Source: Candidatus Aenigmatarchaeota archaeon (lineage in GTDB: Archaea; Aenigmatarchaeota; Aenigmatarchaeia; CG10238-14). Taken from it: a stretch of 64,000 nt of DNA. Of this stretch, positions 1 to 9,347 are shown in pieces. A program made the translations under genes and the position numbers. Below the pieces are notes generated by a model. It saw only the letters and a program-made list of their open reading frames with translations. It did not search any database and had not been told where the DNA came from. The stretch is taken from the NCBI GenBank assembly GCA_044343545.1, contig JAWBZR010000001.1, positions 1 to 64,000 on the forward strand. Reading direction: 5' to 3'. Within the stretch, counting starts at the first letter, position 1, and the number at the start of each line of letters is the position of its first letter.

Positions 1-35
1 TAAAGGGCTATTTTGAACGGATACTCTAATTCCAT
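1..35 (-). CDS. Start of a further ORF running off the window edge (MELEYPFKIAL...), probably the next pilin-like gene
   Basis: ATG at 35 on the minus strand, 8 nt after the stop of 44..553; only 11 codons visible. Confidence 0.4.
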   Translation of the reverse strand, partial: MELEYPFKIAL

Positions 36-43
36 AGCCAAAA

Positions 44-553
44 TTATAACACCTCTATTTTATCTTCTTGGGAATTATATTTTATTGCTATAGATTTTGG
101 CTTTTCTATATCTTGACTCCACATCAAAGGAACGTTTTGCTGATTTTCACTCAAATACCTTCTAACCATACTCTCCGTTACAGGAGCATTAATCTTTTTT
201 ATTATCAACTCATAACATAACTTGTCTTGACCTATTTTTACTTTTCCGGTAATTTCCCAACAGGCCGCAATATATGCCGCCACATTAAAAGCGATTTTTT
301 CGGGATCTTGGGTTTCCAATTCGACAACCTTCATTGCATCTTGAGTTTCTTTCTTACAAAAATTTGGAACATCTGTTTTTAATTCGGTTGGTAATGGCAA
401 GATCATCCTCATGCCTCTAATTATGGCACAGTAAGTTTCCTTCAAAGCAGGATATATTTTATTTCCTATTAAAGATAACAAAATAACTAGTGTTATTATG
501 GCTAGAATCATATATGCCAAAGTCGATAGTGCTATACCCTTTAAACTGTGCAC
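44..553 (-). CDS. Pilin-like protein with class III signal peptide
   Basis: N-terminal KG/IALSTLAYMILAIITLVILLSLIG (basic-Gly then hydrophobic helix); overlaps the end of the platform gene. Confidence 0.7.
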   Translation of the reverse strand: MHSLKGIALSTLAYMILAIITLVILLSLIGNKIYPALKETYCAIIRGMRMILPLPTELKTDVPNFCKKETQDAMKVVELETQDPEKIAFNVAAYIAACWEITGKVKIGQDKLCYELIIKKINAPVTESMVRRYLSENQQNVPLMWSQDIEKPKSIAIKYNSQEDKIEVL

Positions 554-2634
554 GTAAACACCTTTGAACCCTCTATTAAAGACATTATCATATTATTGAA
601 TATGAAAAGAGAAATTATTAAACCAAGACTGTAAACGATGAGCGATCTGATCAAAGTTGTTGCAATCAAATAGTCTCTTGAAACTGTATCAAAACCGTTT
701 TCTATGCCGTTTAAAAGAATAGAAATTATTATTGTGATCTCGATGGTGTAAATACCTACAATTACTTGAAGCAATGTCATTGGCATTATTCTTGAAAAGC
801 TGCCTATGAGATTTTGTATCAAATCTCCACCCTCTAATATAGTAAAACCAAAGGCCTTTTCAATCTTCTTTATTTCGCAAGAAACTATTACCAACATATT
901 GAGTATGAAAATACCTAAAGCAGCGACAATTGCACACACTAAAGGTATTACTAAACCACCCTGCATTCTCAATCCAGATCTCACATCTTCTAACAATTCT
1001 CTTATTTTTGCTTCTATGGAATTTAAATTCTCCATATATTCGGCTATTGTTTTTGCAACTTTCCCTAAAACGGTCGAACTTTTTTCAGAAGCGCTAGATA
1101 AAACATTCATTATTTCTTCTATTAAAACTGAAGGAAAGAATGTCAACACCCCAAGAATCTTATCAAATACCGCTCTCTTGAACGTCATCCCAGCGTTTTG
1201 TATGTTTTTTAATAACTTTTGGAAGAAAGTGTACATAGGTCTTTTGGACATTCCCAACTTTTCATACTCTTCAAGACTTTTTTCTATGGATTTTTCTATG
1301 GGATATCCCTCAGAAAGGTAGTTTCCTAAGGAAAACAAACCCACTTGAAATTCTGCTTCGATGTTTTTTATGTCATTTCTTATCTTGATTTTTTGAAAGC
1401 TATTTAAATAAAAATACAAAAAAGTGGCGACTCCAAATCCAAGAGTAATTGAAAGAGAAGAGGCTATATTTTCTATACTTATTTGAGCTTCTTTCTTCAA
1501 AATATCCTCTTTCAAGTCTCGTGAAGCGCTTCTTAATTCGAAATAAAGATTGCTGAAATGCATTATGCCATAATAAGAAATCACGAGCCAAGCTATCAAA
1601 ACTACAGGCAATATATGCACTTCAAAACTTTTGTTAGATAGCTTTATCTTAAACTTTCCCTTCGAAGGCAAATCTGGATGTTTTGACACGTCAGGAACTA
1701 TGAAGGCTGAAGGACGTTTTAATAAAATTCTTATGATAAAAAAATAGAGGATTAAAGGTAAGAAGACTATATAGCCGACTGCAAGCATAAACGGATTTAT
1801 TGTATCTTGTAGAAACATTGAAATAAGAGGAAACATTATTAGACCCATCACGGGTAATAGAATGCCCATAATGTGCAGTATAGTTAAAGAACCTGTTATG
1901 TTCTCGACATAAGATTTCATTTTTAAGTGAGTGTTTGTTAAAATGAAGTTCAAAGATTTCTTCAAGATGTTTTCCCTACCTTCTTCCGATGGCTCTATCA
2001 ATACACCATACAGAAGACTTAAGGATCTTACAAAATCTTCATTCCATAAAGCCCACTTTGGAATGTATTTTGATAAGGCTTCTTCTACGGTTCTGTACTT
2101 GCCTGTTTGCAAATCCCAAATTGCCTTTTTTATATCATCAGTTAAAGGACCTTTTGTGTGTTTAGATGCATAAATCAAAGCTCCTTCAAAAGTTGGATTG
2201 AGCTTGAGATATATTACCATATAAAGTATGATCTTTATTGCTTCATCACCAGTCTGAATCTGTGTTACTTTGGCATTAAATTCTGGGTAAGTGTAAATGT
2301 AATAAAAGGAAAACAAAGATAGGATTAGAAATAATGTACTTAAGCCGGTTTCTAAGGATGAAAAAACTAAAAACAACAAAAGAAAGAATAATGAAACCAA
2401 TATAGAAGCTGAAAAAACTCCTACCGGAGATGCGTTAATGCTTGAAAATGCCAAATTTCTTTCAAGTTTTTCATACAAACTTTTTGGCGGCTTTAATCGT
2501 AGGAATTCCGCCAATCTGCATAACTTTTCATATAATGTTCTTGCCTCTCTTGATTTTTTTTCTTCTAAAAGAAAGTTTATGTATTCTTTTGATAGAGACT
2601 TGTCGATCTTTTCAAAATTTAACCCCTTCGGCAT
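541..2634 (-). CDS. Type IV pilus/Tad platform protein (TadC/GspF/ArlJ-like), copy 2
   Basis: Multi-TM protein with two T2SS-F-like cytoplasmic domains; clearly paralogous to 10782..12791. Confidence 0.8.
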   Translation of the reverse strand: MPKGLNFEKIDKSLSKEYINFLLEEKKSREARTLYEKLCRLAEFLRLKPPKSLYEKLERNLAFSSINASPVGVFSASILVSLFFLLLFLVFSSLETGLSTLFLILSLFSFYYIYTYPEFNAKVTQIQTGDEAIKIILYMVIYLKLNPTFEGALIYASKHTKGPLTDDIKKAIWDLQTGKYRTVEEALSKYIPKWALWNEDFVRSLSLLYGVLIEPSEEGRENILKKSLNFILTNTHLKMKSYVENITGSLTILHIMGILLPVMGLIMFPLISMFLQDTINPFMLAVGYIVFLPLILYFFIIRILLKRPSAFIVPDVSKHPDLPSKGKFKIKLSNKSFEVHILPVVLIAWLVISYYGIMHFSNLYFELRSASRDLKEDILKKEAQISIENIASSLSITLGFGVATFLYFYLNSFQKIKIRNDIKNIEAEFQVGLFSLGNYLSEGYPIEKSIEKSLEEYEKLGMSKRPMYTFFQKLLKNIQNAGMTFKRAVFDKILGVLTFFPSVLIEEIMNVLSSASEKSSTVLGKVAKTIAEYMENLNSIEAKIRELLEDVRSGLRMQGGLVIPLVCAIVAALGIFILNMLVIVSCEIKKIEKAFGFTILEGGDLIQNLIGSFSRIMPMTLLQVIVGIYTIEITIIISILLNGIENGFDTVSRDYLIATTLIRSLIVYSLGLIISLFIFNNMIMSLIEGSKVFTCTV

Positions 2635-2669
2635 TAATAATTATTTTATTTGGTGTGTTAAATAATATT

Positions 2670-3518
2670 ATGAGATTTTTTACCGTCTTAGCTCTTATAA
2701 TTTTCATAATTTTCTTAAGCGGATGTGTCAATGAGAACAAGGTCAATGGGAATATTTTAATCCAAAGTAGCTATACTCGTGTAAAAAATAATGTAAAAAT
2801 TTATGTAGATGTAACTAATACTCTCAAAAATGAAATAAGAGACGTGGATGTTAGCTTTGATAGCTTGAGTATCTTGGAATTGGTTGGTATAGAAAATTGT
2901 GAAAACAAGAAAGATTTTGGATGTAAAATTGAAAGGATGGAACCAGGAGAAAAAAAGAGAATAAGTTTTTCATTCAAAATACCTGAAACTATTAGTGATT
3001 GGAGAGAAATATCTTTAAATCCTATACTTTCTGTTAGCTATGATTATTCTGACGAAACTTTATTGACAATACCGATATTAGGCAAGGATTTAATAGATGA
3101 GAAAAACAATTACAAACTTTATGAATCTGATGGGCCACTAAAAGTTGTGATGTCTTTGCCGTCAAAAAATTCTAAAGGTAATGAGATGAAAAGCGTATAT
3201 GGTGGAGATTGGTTTGTTCTTGAAGTGAAAATATTAAATACAGGTGGAAATATAGTCGAAATCAAAAAAAATAACTTTTTTGTAGAATTTTCTCCTAATA
3301 CTTTCAGTGCTTATAAAGGAGATGATAGCTATTGTGATTTTGAAACATCAGGAAATCATTTAGAATTAAAGGAAGATGTAGTAATTTATAATGAAAAATC
3401 TTTCCTTTGCACTCTATTGGCAAAAAATATTGAAAACACACGTGCGTGGGAAACTGGAAGTATAAAAGCAAGATATAGTTATAGATACAAAGTTATGGAA
3501 GAAATTGAAATAAGTTAA
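2670..3518 (+). CDS. Secreted lipoprotein with beta-rich (Ig-like) domains
   Basis: ATG 2670 gives MRFFTVLALIIFIIFLSGC, a signal peptide with lipobox LSGC; the longer track start overlaps the opposite-strand gene. Confidence 0.75.
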   Translation: MRFFTVLALIIFIIFLSGCVNENKVNGNILIQSSYTRVKNNVKIYVDVTNTLKNEIRDVDVSFDSLSILELVGIENCENKKDFGCKIERMEPGEKKRISFSFKIPETISDWREISLNPILSVSYDYSDETLLTIPILGKDLIDEKNNYKLYESDGPLKVVMSLPSKNSKGNEMKSVYGGDWFVLEVKILNTGGNIVEIKKNNFFVEFSPNTFSAYKGDDSYCDFETSGNHLELKEDVVIYNEKSFLCTLLAKNIENTRAWETGSIKARYSYRYKVMEEIEIS

Positions 3519-3530
3519 AGAGAGATTGGA

Positions 3531-5501
3531 ATGGTTGAAGATAACGAAATAAAAGAAGAAGTTAAAGAAAGAAGCAGCTTTAAATGGTTGATTTGGATAG
3601 TTTTAATTTTTTCCATATTAATTGTTTTTGCGATATTTTTATATCTTAAACCGTTCTTGTTAAGAAAACTGCCCAAACAATTTCTTTTCTGGATGATTTC
3701 TGTATCCACAAGCATGTTTATTCCATCTCTCATTATTTTTTTCATAACTCCACATTTCAAAAGAGAAATATCCATAATATTGATTATATCGTTTTTTTCC
3801 CTCGTTACTAGTATTATTATTTTTTTAATAGTTGGTCCTTTGAGTTCTCAGGTTGATCAAGTTAAAATTTTCTTTAGAGAAAGTTTTAGGCAAATTTCTA
3901 TTCAATTATGTTACATAAATGCAGAAATTTCAGGAACTGGGCATGAAAAATGTTTACCGAAGGAATATAAAAAATTAGGAGTTAAAATAGAATTTGAAAA
4001 TAATGAAATGAAAATAAATCCTCCACCAACTGCTGGAAAGAAATACAAACTAACAGTATTCATAAAAAATGAAAATGAGGTAGAAAATGAGGATATTCCA
4101 AATTCTGTTTATGACATTAAAATAAAAAACATCGAAGGAATAGCATCGCCATCTGAAGATTTTGAAAGTGGCCTTGAGGTGTATGCAAGCGAAAGTAAAG
4201 AATTTGTCATAAAACCAAAAATGATTTATCCTGTTAACTTGAATTTTGTAGCATTGCCAAGTAGTTGTAAAGGTAGATTTCATTTCAAGGTAACTTTAAC
4301 AGCTGAATTTTTGACAATAGGTTCATCCAAAGTTTTATCGTTACCTCAATACTCATATGATGAAGATTATGAAAAAATAGCATCCAAAATGAAAATTTTA
4401 GATAAATCTGTTTTTTCTTCACCCGGACCATTAAATGTTACAATTTGGTCTGTGCAAAATCCCGTAACTAAACAAAATAAAGAAGAATTTCAGATACAAA
4501 TAAATATAGGCAATGCGTTGGAGGGAGTTGCTTCACTAAAAGATATTCAAATCGGTGTCCAAAGAGATTATATAAAAATAATTGATTGTGAAAATGTTTA
4601 CGGAGAAATTTTGACTGAATATCCGTGCAATATGGATGATATGAAATCTTGCATCAAACTATTAATAGATGAAAATATTCCAAAAGGAAAATCCTTTATG
4701 ATAACTTGTAATGCTAAGATAGAAGGAAATTATAAGGAAGAAGAAGCGTTATCTGCAATTGTTGCAATTGCTAACTACTTGTATAATTTTGAAGAAACAT
4801 ATTCTTTGGAAGCTTTAGGTTGTACAAAACCTAGTAGTAGTGTAGAAACAAGTAAATGTGAATATCCGAATATTTGCTACAAGTATTCATGCCCTGAAGG
4901 TTATGAAGAAGTGGAAGGTAGTTGTGATATTGCTGATAGTGTATGTTGTAAACCAATAGAAACTACGAGAGATGATGATTGTCCTGATTTAACAAATAAT
5001 TGTCAAACCGGTGAGTTACTGATAAAAAAGATTGCTTGCGAAGCGAGAAAAGAAGGTGTTCCGCCTGAAATAATGATAGGTATAGCCAAAGTCGAAAGTA
5101 ATTTGAATCATTGTTATGCTAATGGTGTTGTTAAGAGTGGTGATGGAGGTGTATCCATAGGATTAATGCAAACATCGCAATGTAGCGATACAGGAGATGT
5201 TCATAACATAAATGAAAATATAAGATGTGCTATAAAGAAAATAAAAGAAAAGTGTGGCTATTCGAGAAATAGTATAATAAGAGAAAATGTAGGAAGATGT
5301 AATCCTACGGGATACTGCACAGAAGGAGGAGTTAGATGCGAATATTGCTATAACGTAGAGGGTAGAGAACCAAAAGTATATTATGGTTGGGATATAGCTG
5401 TAAGAGGTTATAATGGTTGGGGTGGATGTTTAGTGGATGCAAATTATAATTATGTAGAAAATGTGAAAAATTTTGCTTCTCAATATGCAGGAAAAGTTTA
5501 A
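3531..5501 (+). CDS. Membrane-anchored protein with Ig-like region, Cys-rich linker and C-terminal lytic transglycosylase (SLT/GH23-like) domain
   Basis: 3 N-terminal TM helices; SLT motifs IAKVES (catalytic Glu, codon 5094), IGLMQ (5157-5171), AVRGYNG (about 5397-5417), terminal YVENV. Confidence 0.8.
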   Translation: MVEDNEIKEEVKERSSFKWLIWIVLIFSILIVFAIFLYLKPFLLRKLPKQFLFWMISVSTSMFIPSLIIFFITPHFKREISIILIISFFSLVTSIIIFLIVGPLSSQVDQVKIFFRESFRQISIQLCYINAEISGTGHEKCLPKEYKKLGVKIEFENNEMKINPPPTAGKKYKLTVFIKNENEVENEDIPNSVYDIKIKNIEGIASPSEDFESGLEVYASESKEFVIKPKMIYPVNLNFVALPSSCKGRFHFKVTLTAEFLTIGSSKVLSLPQYSYDEDYEKIASKMKILDKSVFSSPGPLNVTIWSVQNPVTKQNKEEFQIQINIGNALEGVASLKDIQIGVQRDYIKIIDCENVYGEILTEYPCNMDDMKSCIKLLIDENIPKGKSFMITCNAKIEGNYKEEEALSAIVAIANYLYNFEETYSLEALGCTKPSSSVETSKCEYPNICYKYSCPEGYEEVEGSCDIADSVCCKPIETTRDDDCPDLTNNCQTGELLIKKIACEARKEGVPPEIMIGIAKVESNLNHCYANGVVKSGDGGVSIGLMQTSQCSDTGDVHNINENIRCAIKKIKEKCGYSRNSIIRENVGRCNPTGYCTEGGVRCEYCYNVEGREPKVYYGWDIAVRGYNGWGGCLVDANYNYVENVKNFASQYAGKV

Positions 5502-6478
5502 ATAAAAATATCGCACGAATGTTCCTTATTTGAAAGAATGTAAAAATCTCCACACTTTTTTACATCAGCTAATTGATCAACATAAACTCCTAGATTTCTT
5601 TGCTTTTCGCAACTTGATATTGGACAAGGATAGATATTGATTCCCCAACTGCAAAAACCTATACAGTCAGTGGTTATGCAATAACAACCTTGTTTATCTA
5701 CCAAAAATTTCAAACCTAAATTTTCGTATTTTTGTTTTTTTTCAGAAAAATCATAAACATTAATGACACTATTTTCATATATGCTTACCTTAACATAACT
5801 TCCTTTATCTTCTAGTGTCAAAGATATATCATCATCACTTAATAAAATTTCTATTTCATTTAAATTTTTTCCTGCTTTTATCATATCTATCACGTAAAAT
5901 GATTTATCCAAACTTTTGCTAAATTTTGTTTTCAATCGAGAAATTATTGGATATTTTTTAGAAATTCTTATTTGATTATCATCATATGTTACATTAAAAT
6001 AACCAAAATTTATTGATATTTCATTTTCATCAAATGAATTAAACTCAATATTTTTTTCCCATTCCAAAAACCAATATTGACTTCTTTCCTGAGATAATTG
6101 AGGATTCATAAAATAATCAGTGAATGTTTTATTATACATGTAAAAATAATTTTCTGCTAATCTTAGAATTGCTTGCTTGACATATTCTTCCTCTTTAGTT
6201 GACCAATATGGCAAGTTTTCATCTTCATTATATTCTAAATCGCCGTCTATGGCTATAACAAACTTTCCGGCATCATTTACGGCTTGTAAAGTAGCTAAAT
6301 CTGCCGCTTGCCTCATCAAATTTCCTGTTAATTCTATTCTATTGCCTATCAACAAAACTTTTTCTTGCAACGCTCTCCTTTCTACTAACCTTTCTGTGTT
6401 AAAGCCGAATAATGCTATGGTTATTGACAGCAATATCAATATCAATGATGCCGGTATTATCCAAGCTATTCCCTTCAT
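5498..6478 (-). CDS. Pilin-like protein (class III signal), Cys-rich C-terminus
   Basis: ATG 6478 gives MKG/IAWIIPASLILILLSITIALFG. Confidence 0.7.
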   Translation of the reverse strand: MKGIAWIIPASLILILLSITIALFGFNTERLVERRALQEKVLLIGNRIELTGNLMRQAADLATLQAVNDAGKFVIAIDGDLEYNEDENLPYWSTKEEEYVKQAILRLAENYFYMYNKTFTDYFMNPQLSQERSQYWFLEWEKNIEFNSFDENEISINFGYFNVTYDDNQIRISKKYPIISRLKTKFSKSLDKSFYVIDMIKAGKNLNEIEILLSDDDISLTLEDKGSYVKVSIYENSVINVYDFSEKKQKYENLGLKFLVDKQGCYCITTDCIGFCSWGINIYPCPISSCEKQRNLGVYVDQLADVKKCGDFYILSNKEHSCDIFI

Positions 6479-6483
6479 GAAAA

Positions 6484-6978
6484 TCACGTGAAGCTTATAA
6501 ATATACATTCTCTACTAAAACTATTTCCGTCATAAATTGTTGGTAATGGAAACTTCATTATATATGTATAGTCTTTACATTTTAATGGATTGCTCAAACA
6601 TTTACCATTAGAAATGTAGTAGATTTCTCTCGGCTCACCAAAATTGAAATAATAATAAATGCTCAACTCTCCTGGGTTATCAGGATTTGTTGAGCTTAAA
6701 TCTATCTCGTTAAAATTGATTATATAGTCATATATTTGGTTGTGTGTTTCTCTCGTGCAATTTGATAAGGAAATAGCAAAATTTCCACAATTATATTGTT
6801 GATTCACTATTGAAAGTAGAAGCAATGATTCACGACTTTTTATTACAGAATTTAATGTAACAATCCTTATCTTGTATGTGAAAAGAGAAAAAAATAGAAA
6901 TATCGATATTCCCACTGCTATGATCAAAATTAATAGAGTCAACATCGCTCCAATTCCTTTTTGTTTTCTGAAAAGCAT
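6484..6978 (-). CDS. Pilin-like protein (class III signal)
   Basis: MLFRKQKG/IGAMLTLLILIIAVG. Confidence 0.7.
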   Translation of the reverse strand: MLFRKQKGIGAMLTLLILIIAVGISIFLFFSLFTYKIRIVTLNSVIKSRESLLLLSIVNQQYNCGNFAISLSNCTRETHNQIYDYIINFNEIDLSSTNPDNPGELSIYYYFNFGEPREIYYISNGKCLSNPLKCKDYTYIMKFPLPTIYDGNSFSRECIFISFT

Positions 6979-7817
6979 AAAACCACCTCATCATTTTCAG
7001 ATTTTACCTTCATAAAAGTGCATTGATTCTTTTTGCAATCTTTATCGAAAAAATAGCTACAATCCTTTTGACATTGATTATCATTATCAATACACTTTGA
7101 AAACTCTCTTGTTTTTATATGCTTTTCACAATAAAATTTTTTGCACAATAACAAATCTCCTTGAGTTTTTATGCAGATTTGATAATAATCACCATTTTTG
7201 CTTATATGCAGATCGTTTTTATTAAACCCAAAAGTTACGAAATCGGATTCATATTTTTTTTGTTGACACGCAACTAGTATTTCTGTCGCTATATTGCTTA
7301 ATGGTGTTTTTGCAACAAACACGTACATGTATGCTGGCTCTATTTCATTTATATCCTCAACAACTACTGGAAATTTATAAGTTTTTAAATTCTTATATTC
7401 AGACAATGCATTGCATTTTTTTTCAATCCTTAACAAATCCTTAAGTTTGTTTATTGGATAGCCAAGATAATAACTTTCTTCACCTTTTATGTTTATTTCA
7501 ACATAATAATCATAATCTATATAGTCACAACATTGCAAAGGTTCGTTTTTTCCTGACAACCGAACTAATTTTGTTTTATTTATTACTCCTTTTTTTGGTT
7601 GAAGGAGTTCGTCGGCAGAAACGATTTCTTCTGAATTTATAATAACATTGGCGATATTCGTTGCTTTTCCTGCCAAAACAAAATTTTCTTTTTCAACTTC
7701 AATTTTTATCACATTTCCCATTAAAAGTCTTATTATAAAAATTATTGCGCCAACAAAAATTAGTAAACCTATAAACTCTAATATGTTCATTGCCATTGAA
7801 AAACCTTTTTTTTTCAA
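6939..7817 (-). CDS. Pilin-like protein (class III signal), Cys-rich
   Basis: MKKKG/FSMAMNILEFIGLLIFVGAIIF; many Cys in the C-terminal half. Confidence 0.7.
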   Translation of the reverse strand: MKKKGFSMAMNILEFIGLLIFVGAIIFIIRLLMGNVIKIEVEKENFVLAGKATNIANVIINSEEIVSADELLQPKKGVINKTKLVRLSGKNEPLQCCDYIDYDYYVEINIKGEESYYLGYPINKLKDLLRIEKKCNALSEYKNLKTYKFPVVVEDINEIEPAYMYVFVAKTPLSNIATEILVACQQKKYESDFVTFGFNKNDLHISKNGDYYQICIKTQGDLLLCKKFYCEKHIKTREFSKCIDNDNQCQKDCSYFFDKDCKKNQCTFMKVKSENDEVVLCFSENKKELERC

Positions 7818-8263
7818 TTCAATCCACCAATTTTATCTATTTTTATTGTTTGTTCTTTTTGTATTACCAAAATGTCAAAATCAAAGAAATTTCTTGCAGT
7901 GAAGTAAACGGCGGAAGAAGAATGACTTTTGTTTAATAGATATTTCATTTCTTCGTCTATCACTGCGATAGGTTTTTGATAATCATAAATTTCAACAAAT
8001 ACCATCCTATCTTTGAAATAAACGTTATAATCATAATCTTTTGGTTTAGCAAAGTTTATCTTCACATTACCGGGAGTGCCAGCAGAAATTGTGACTAATC
8101 CGGAAATGGTTTCGCTCATTTGCTCTGGACTAGCTTTCGCGAAAAAATAAACGAAAATGTTTATGCTATCAATTATAATTTTCGCCAATAATATACAAAA
8201 TATTATAAAAGCAAAACTCACTAATATGAATTCTACAGGCTCTGAAGGTTTTTCTTCACTCAT
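7814..8263 (-). CDS. Pilin-like single-TM protein without canonical KG cleavage site
   Basis: N-terminal hydrophobic helix; overlapping start/stop with both neighbours. Confidence 0.6.
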   Translation of the reverse strand: MSEEKPSEPVEFILVSFAFIIFCILLAKIIIDSINIFVYFFAKASPEQMSETISGLVTISAGTPGNVKINFAKPKDYDYNVYFKDRMVFVEIYDYQKPIAVIDEEMKYLLNKSHSSSAVYFTARNFFDFDILVIQKEQTIKIDKIGGLN

Positions 8264-8844
8264 ATAAGTTCACAACCTTTCTGTTTTTCGCATCTATCTT
8301 TATCAAGCTCATAACAAGATTTCGCATCACCCTCACATAAATTATTAGACCATTTGCAACCAAATTGATTATTGCACTCTTTTTCTTCTGTTATTTCGCT
8401 ACACTTCATAGCTTCACCCTCACAAAAAACTAAATTTGCTTTTTTTTGCGAAACCAAAAAGTTGTATGTTTTTTCTTTGACAATTAATTTTTTCGAATCT
8501 CCAGCGACAGAAAAGTCAAACTTCACGAAGCCATAAAAACCTTGTGGACAAGAAACATCATAAGCATATTCTTTTCTTCCAATAAAATATTTTATAACTT
8601 TTTCGTCTTCCTCATAGATCATCTCATTTAGGCAAGGTACGTTGACTTTTTCTATGGATTCTAAATCTACATCGCTCATTAAACATGCTTTATATTTTAT
8701 TTTTTCCAAATCCTCTATTAAAGCTGTTTTGCAGTAATTGACTTTCGTAGCCTCTTGAAACGCTGGCATAAACGCAACCATAGTAATTATTGCCAAGACG
8801 ATGAAAATTATTGTTATGGTAACTGTTACGGCTATACCTTTCAT
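8260..8844 (-). CDS. Pilin-like protein (class III signal) with duplicated Cys motif
   Basis: MKG/IAVTVTITIIFIVLAII; C-terminal CEGEAMKC...GC and CEGDAKSC...GC repeat. Confidence 0.7.
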   Translation of the reverse strand: MKGIAVTVTITIIFIVLAIITMVAFMPAFQEATKVNYCKTALIEDLEKIKYKACLMSDVDLESIEKVNVPCLNEMIYEEDEKVIKYFIGRKEYAYDVSCPQGFYGFVKFDFSVAGDSKKLIVKEKTYNFLVSQKKANLVFCEGEAMKCSEITEEKECNNQFGCKWSNNLCEGDAKSCYELDKDRCEKQKGCELI

Positions 8845-8888
8845 ATAATTAAGTATTTGGTGATTTTTAATTAATAAAGAAATTTTAT

Positions 8889-9155
8889 TTACACATCTTT
8901 ACATGTTCTAAGCTCATTCAATTTTTCATAGTATCTATGACCACTTGTTATAATTGCGCAGGGACCTTTACTTTTATCTAAATTCTCATTTTCATCTTTT
9001 CCTGCACACCATTGTTTTAAATAACCGATACAACTATTATATTGCAAAGCTTCTCTAAATGGTCCCAAACCTATATATAGCAATGCTACTAATACACCAA
9101 GAACTAAAAGAGCTATAACGATTTTCACGACAACATTTTCCGCTTCTCCTTTCAT
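8889..9155 (-). CDS. Small pilin-like protein (candidate major pilin)
   Basis: MKG/EAENVVVKIVIALLVLGVLVALLYIG; 4 Cys; AT-rich gaps on both sides. Confidence 0.7.
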   Translation of the reverse strand: MKGEAENVVVKIVIALLVLGVLVALLYIGLGPFREALQYNSCIGYLKQWCAGKDENENLDKSKGPCAIITSGHRYYEKLNELRTCKDV

Positions 9156-9187
9156 TGTAAAAAATTATAATTTTTAACTAAATAAAT

Positions 9188-9334
9188 TTATCTCTTCAAC
9201 AAATTTCCAAATAACTGCCTTAACCCCTCGAGACTGCTTGCTTTTGAAAGAAATATTAAAGCAAGGAGAAGCATAGCTAAAAGTATTGTTGCCAAAATTA
9301 TACTTACCACTATTTTTATGGTTTCGCTGCCCAT
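9188..9334 (-). CDS. 48-aa mini pilin-like protein (not in ORF track)
   Basis: Manual translation MGSETIKIVVSIILATILLAMLLLALIFLSKASSLEGLRQLFGNLLKR. Confidence 0.7.
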   Translation of the reverse strand: MGSETIKIVVSIILATILLAMLLLALIFLSKASSLEGLRQLFGNLLKR

Positions 9335-9347
9335 TGCACTTTAAATA

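Noticed and set aside
2442..2669. N-terminal extension of the 358-aa ORF
   Set aside because: Overlaps the opposite-strand platform gene; ATG 2670 gives a clean lipoprotein signal
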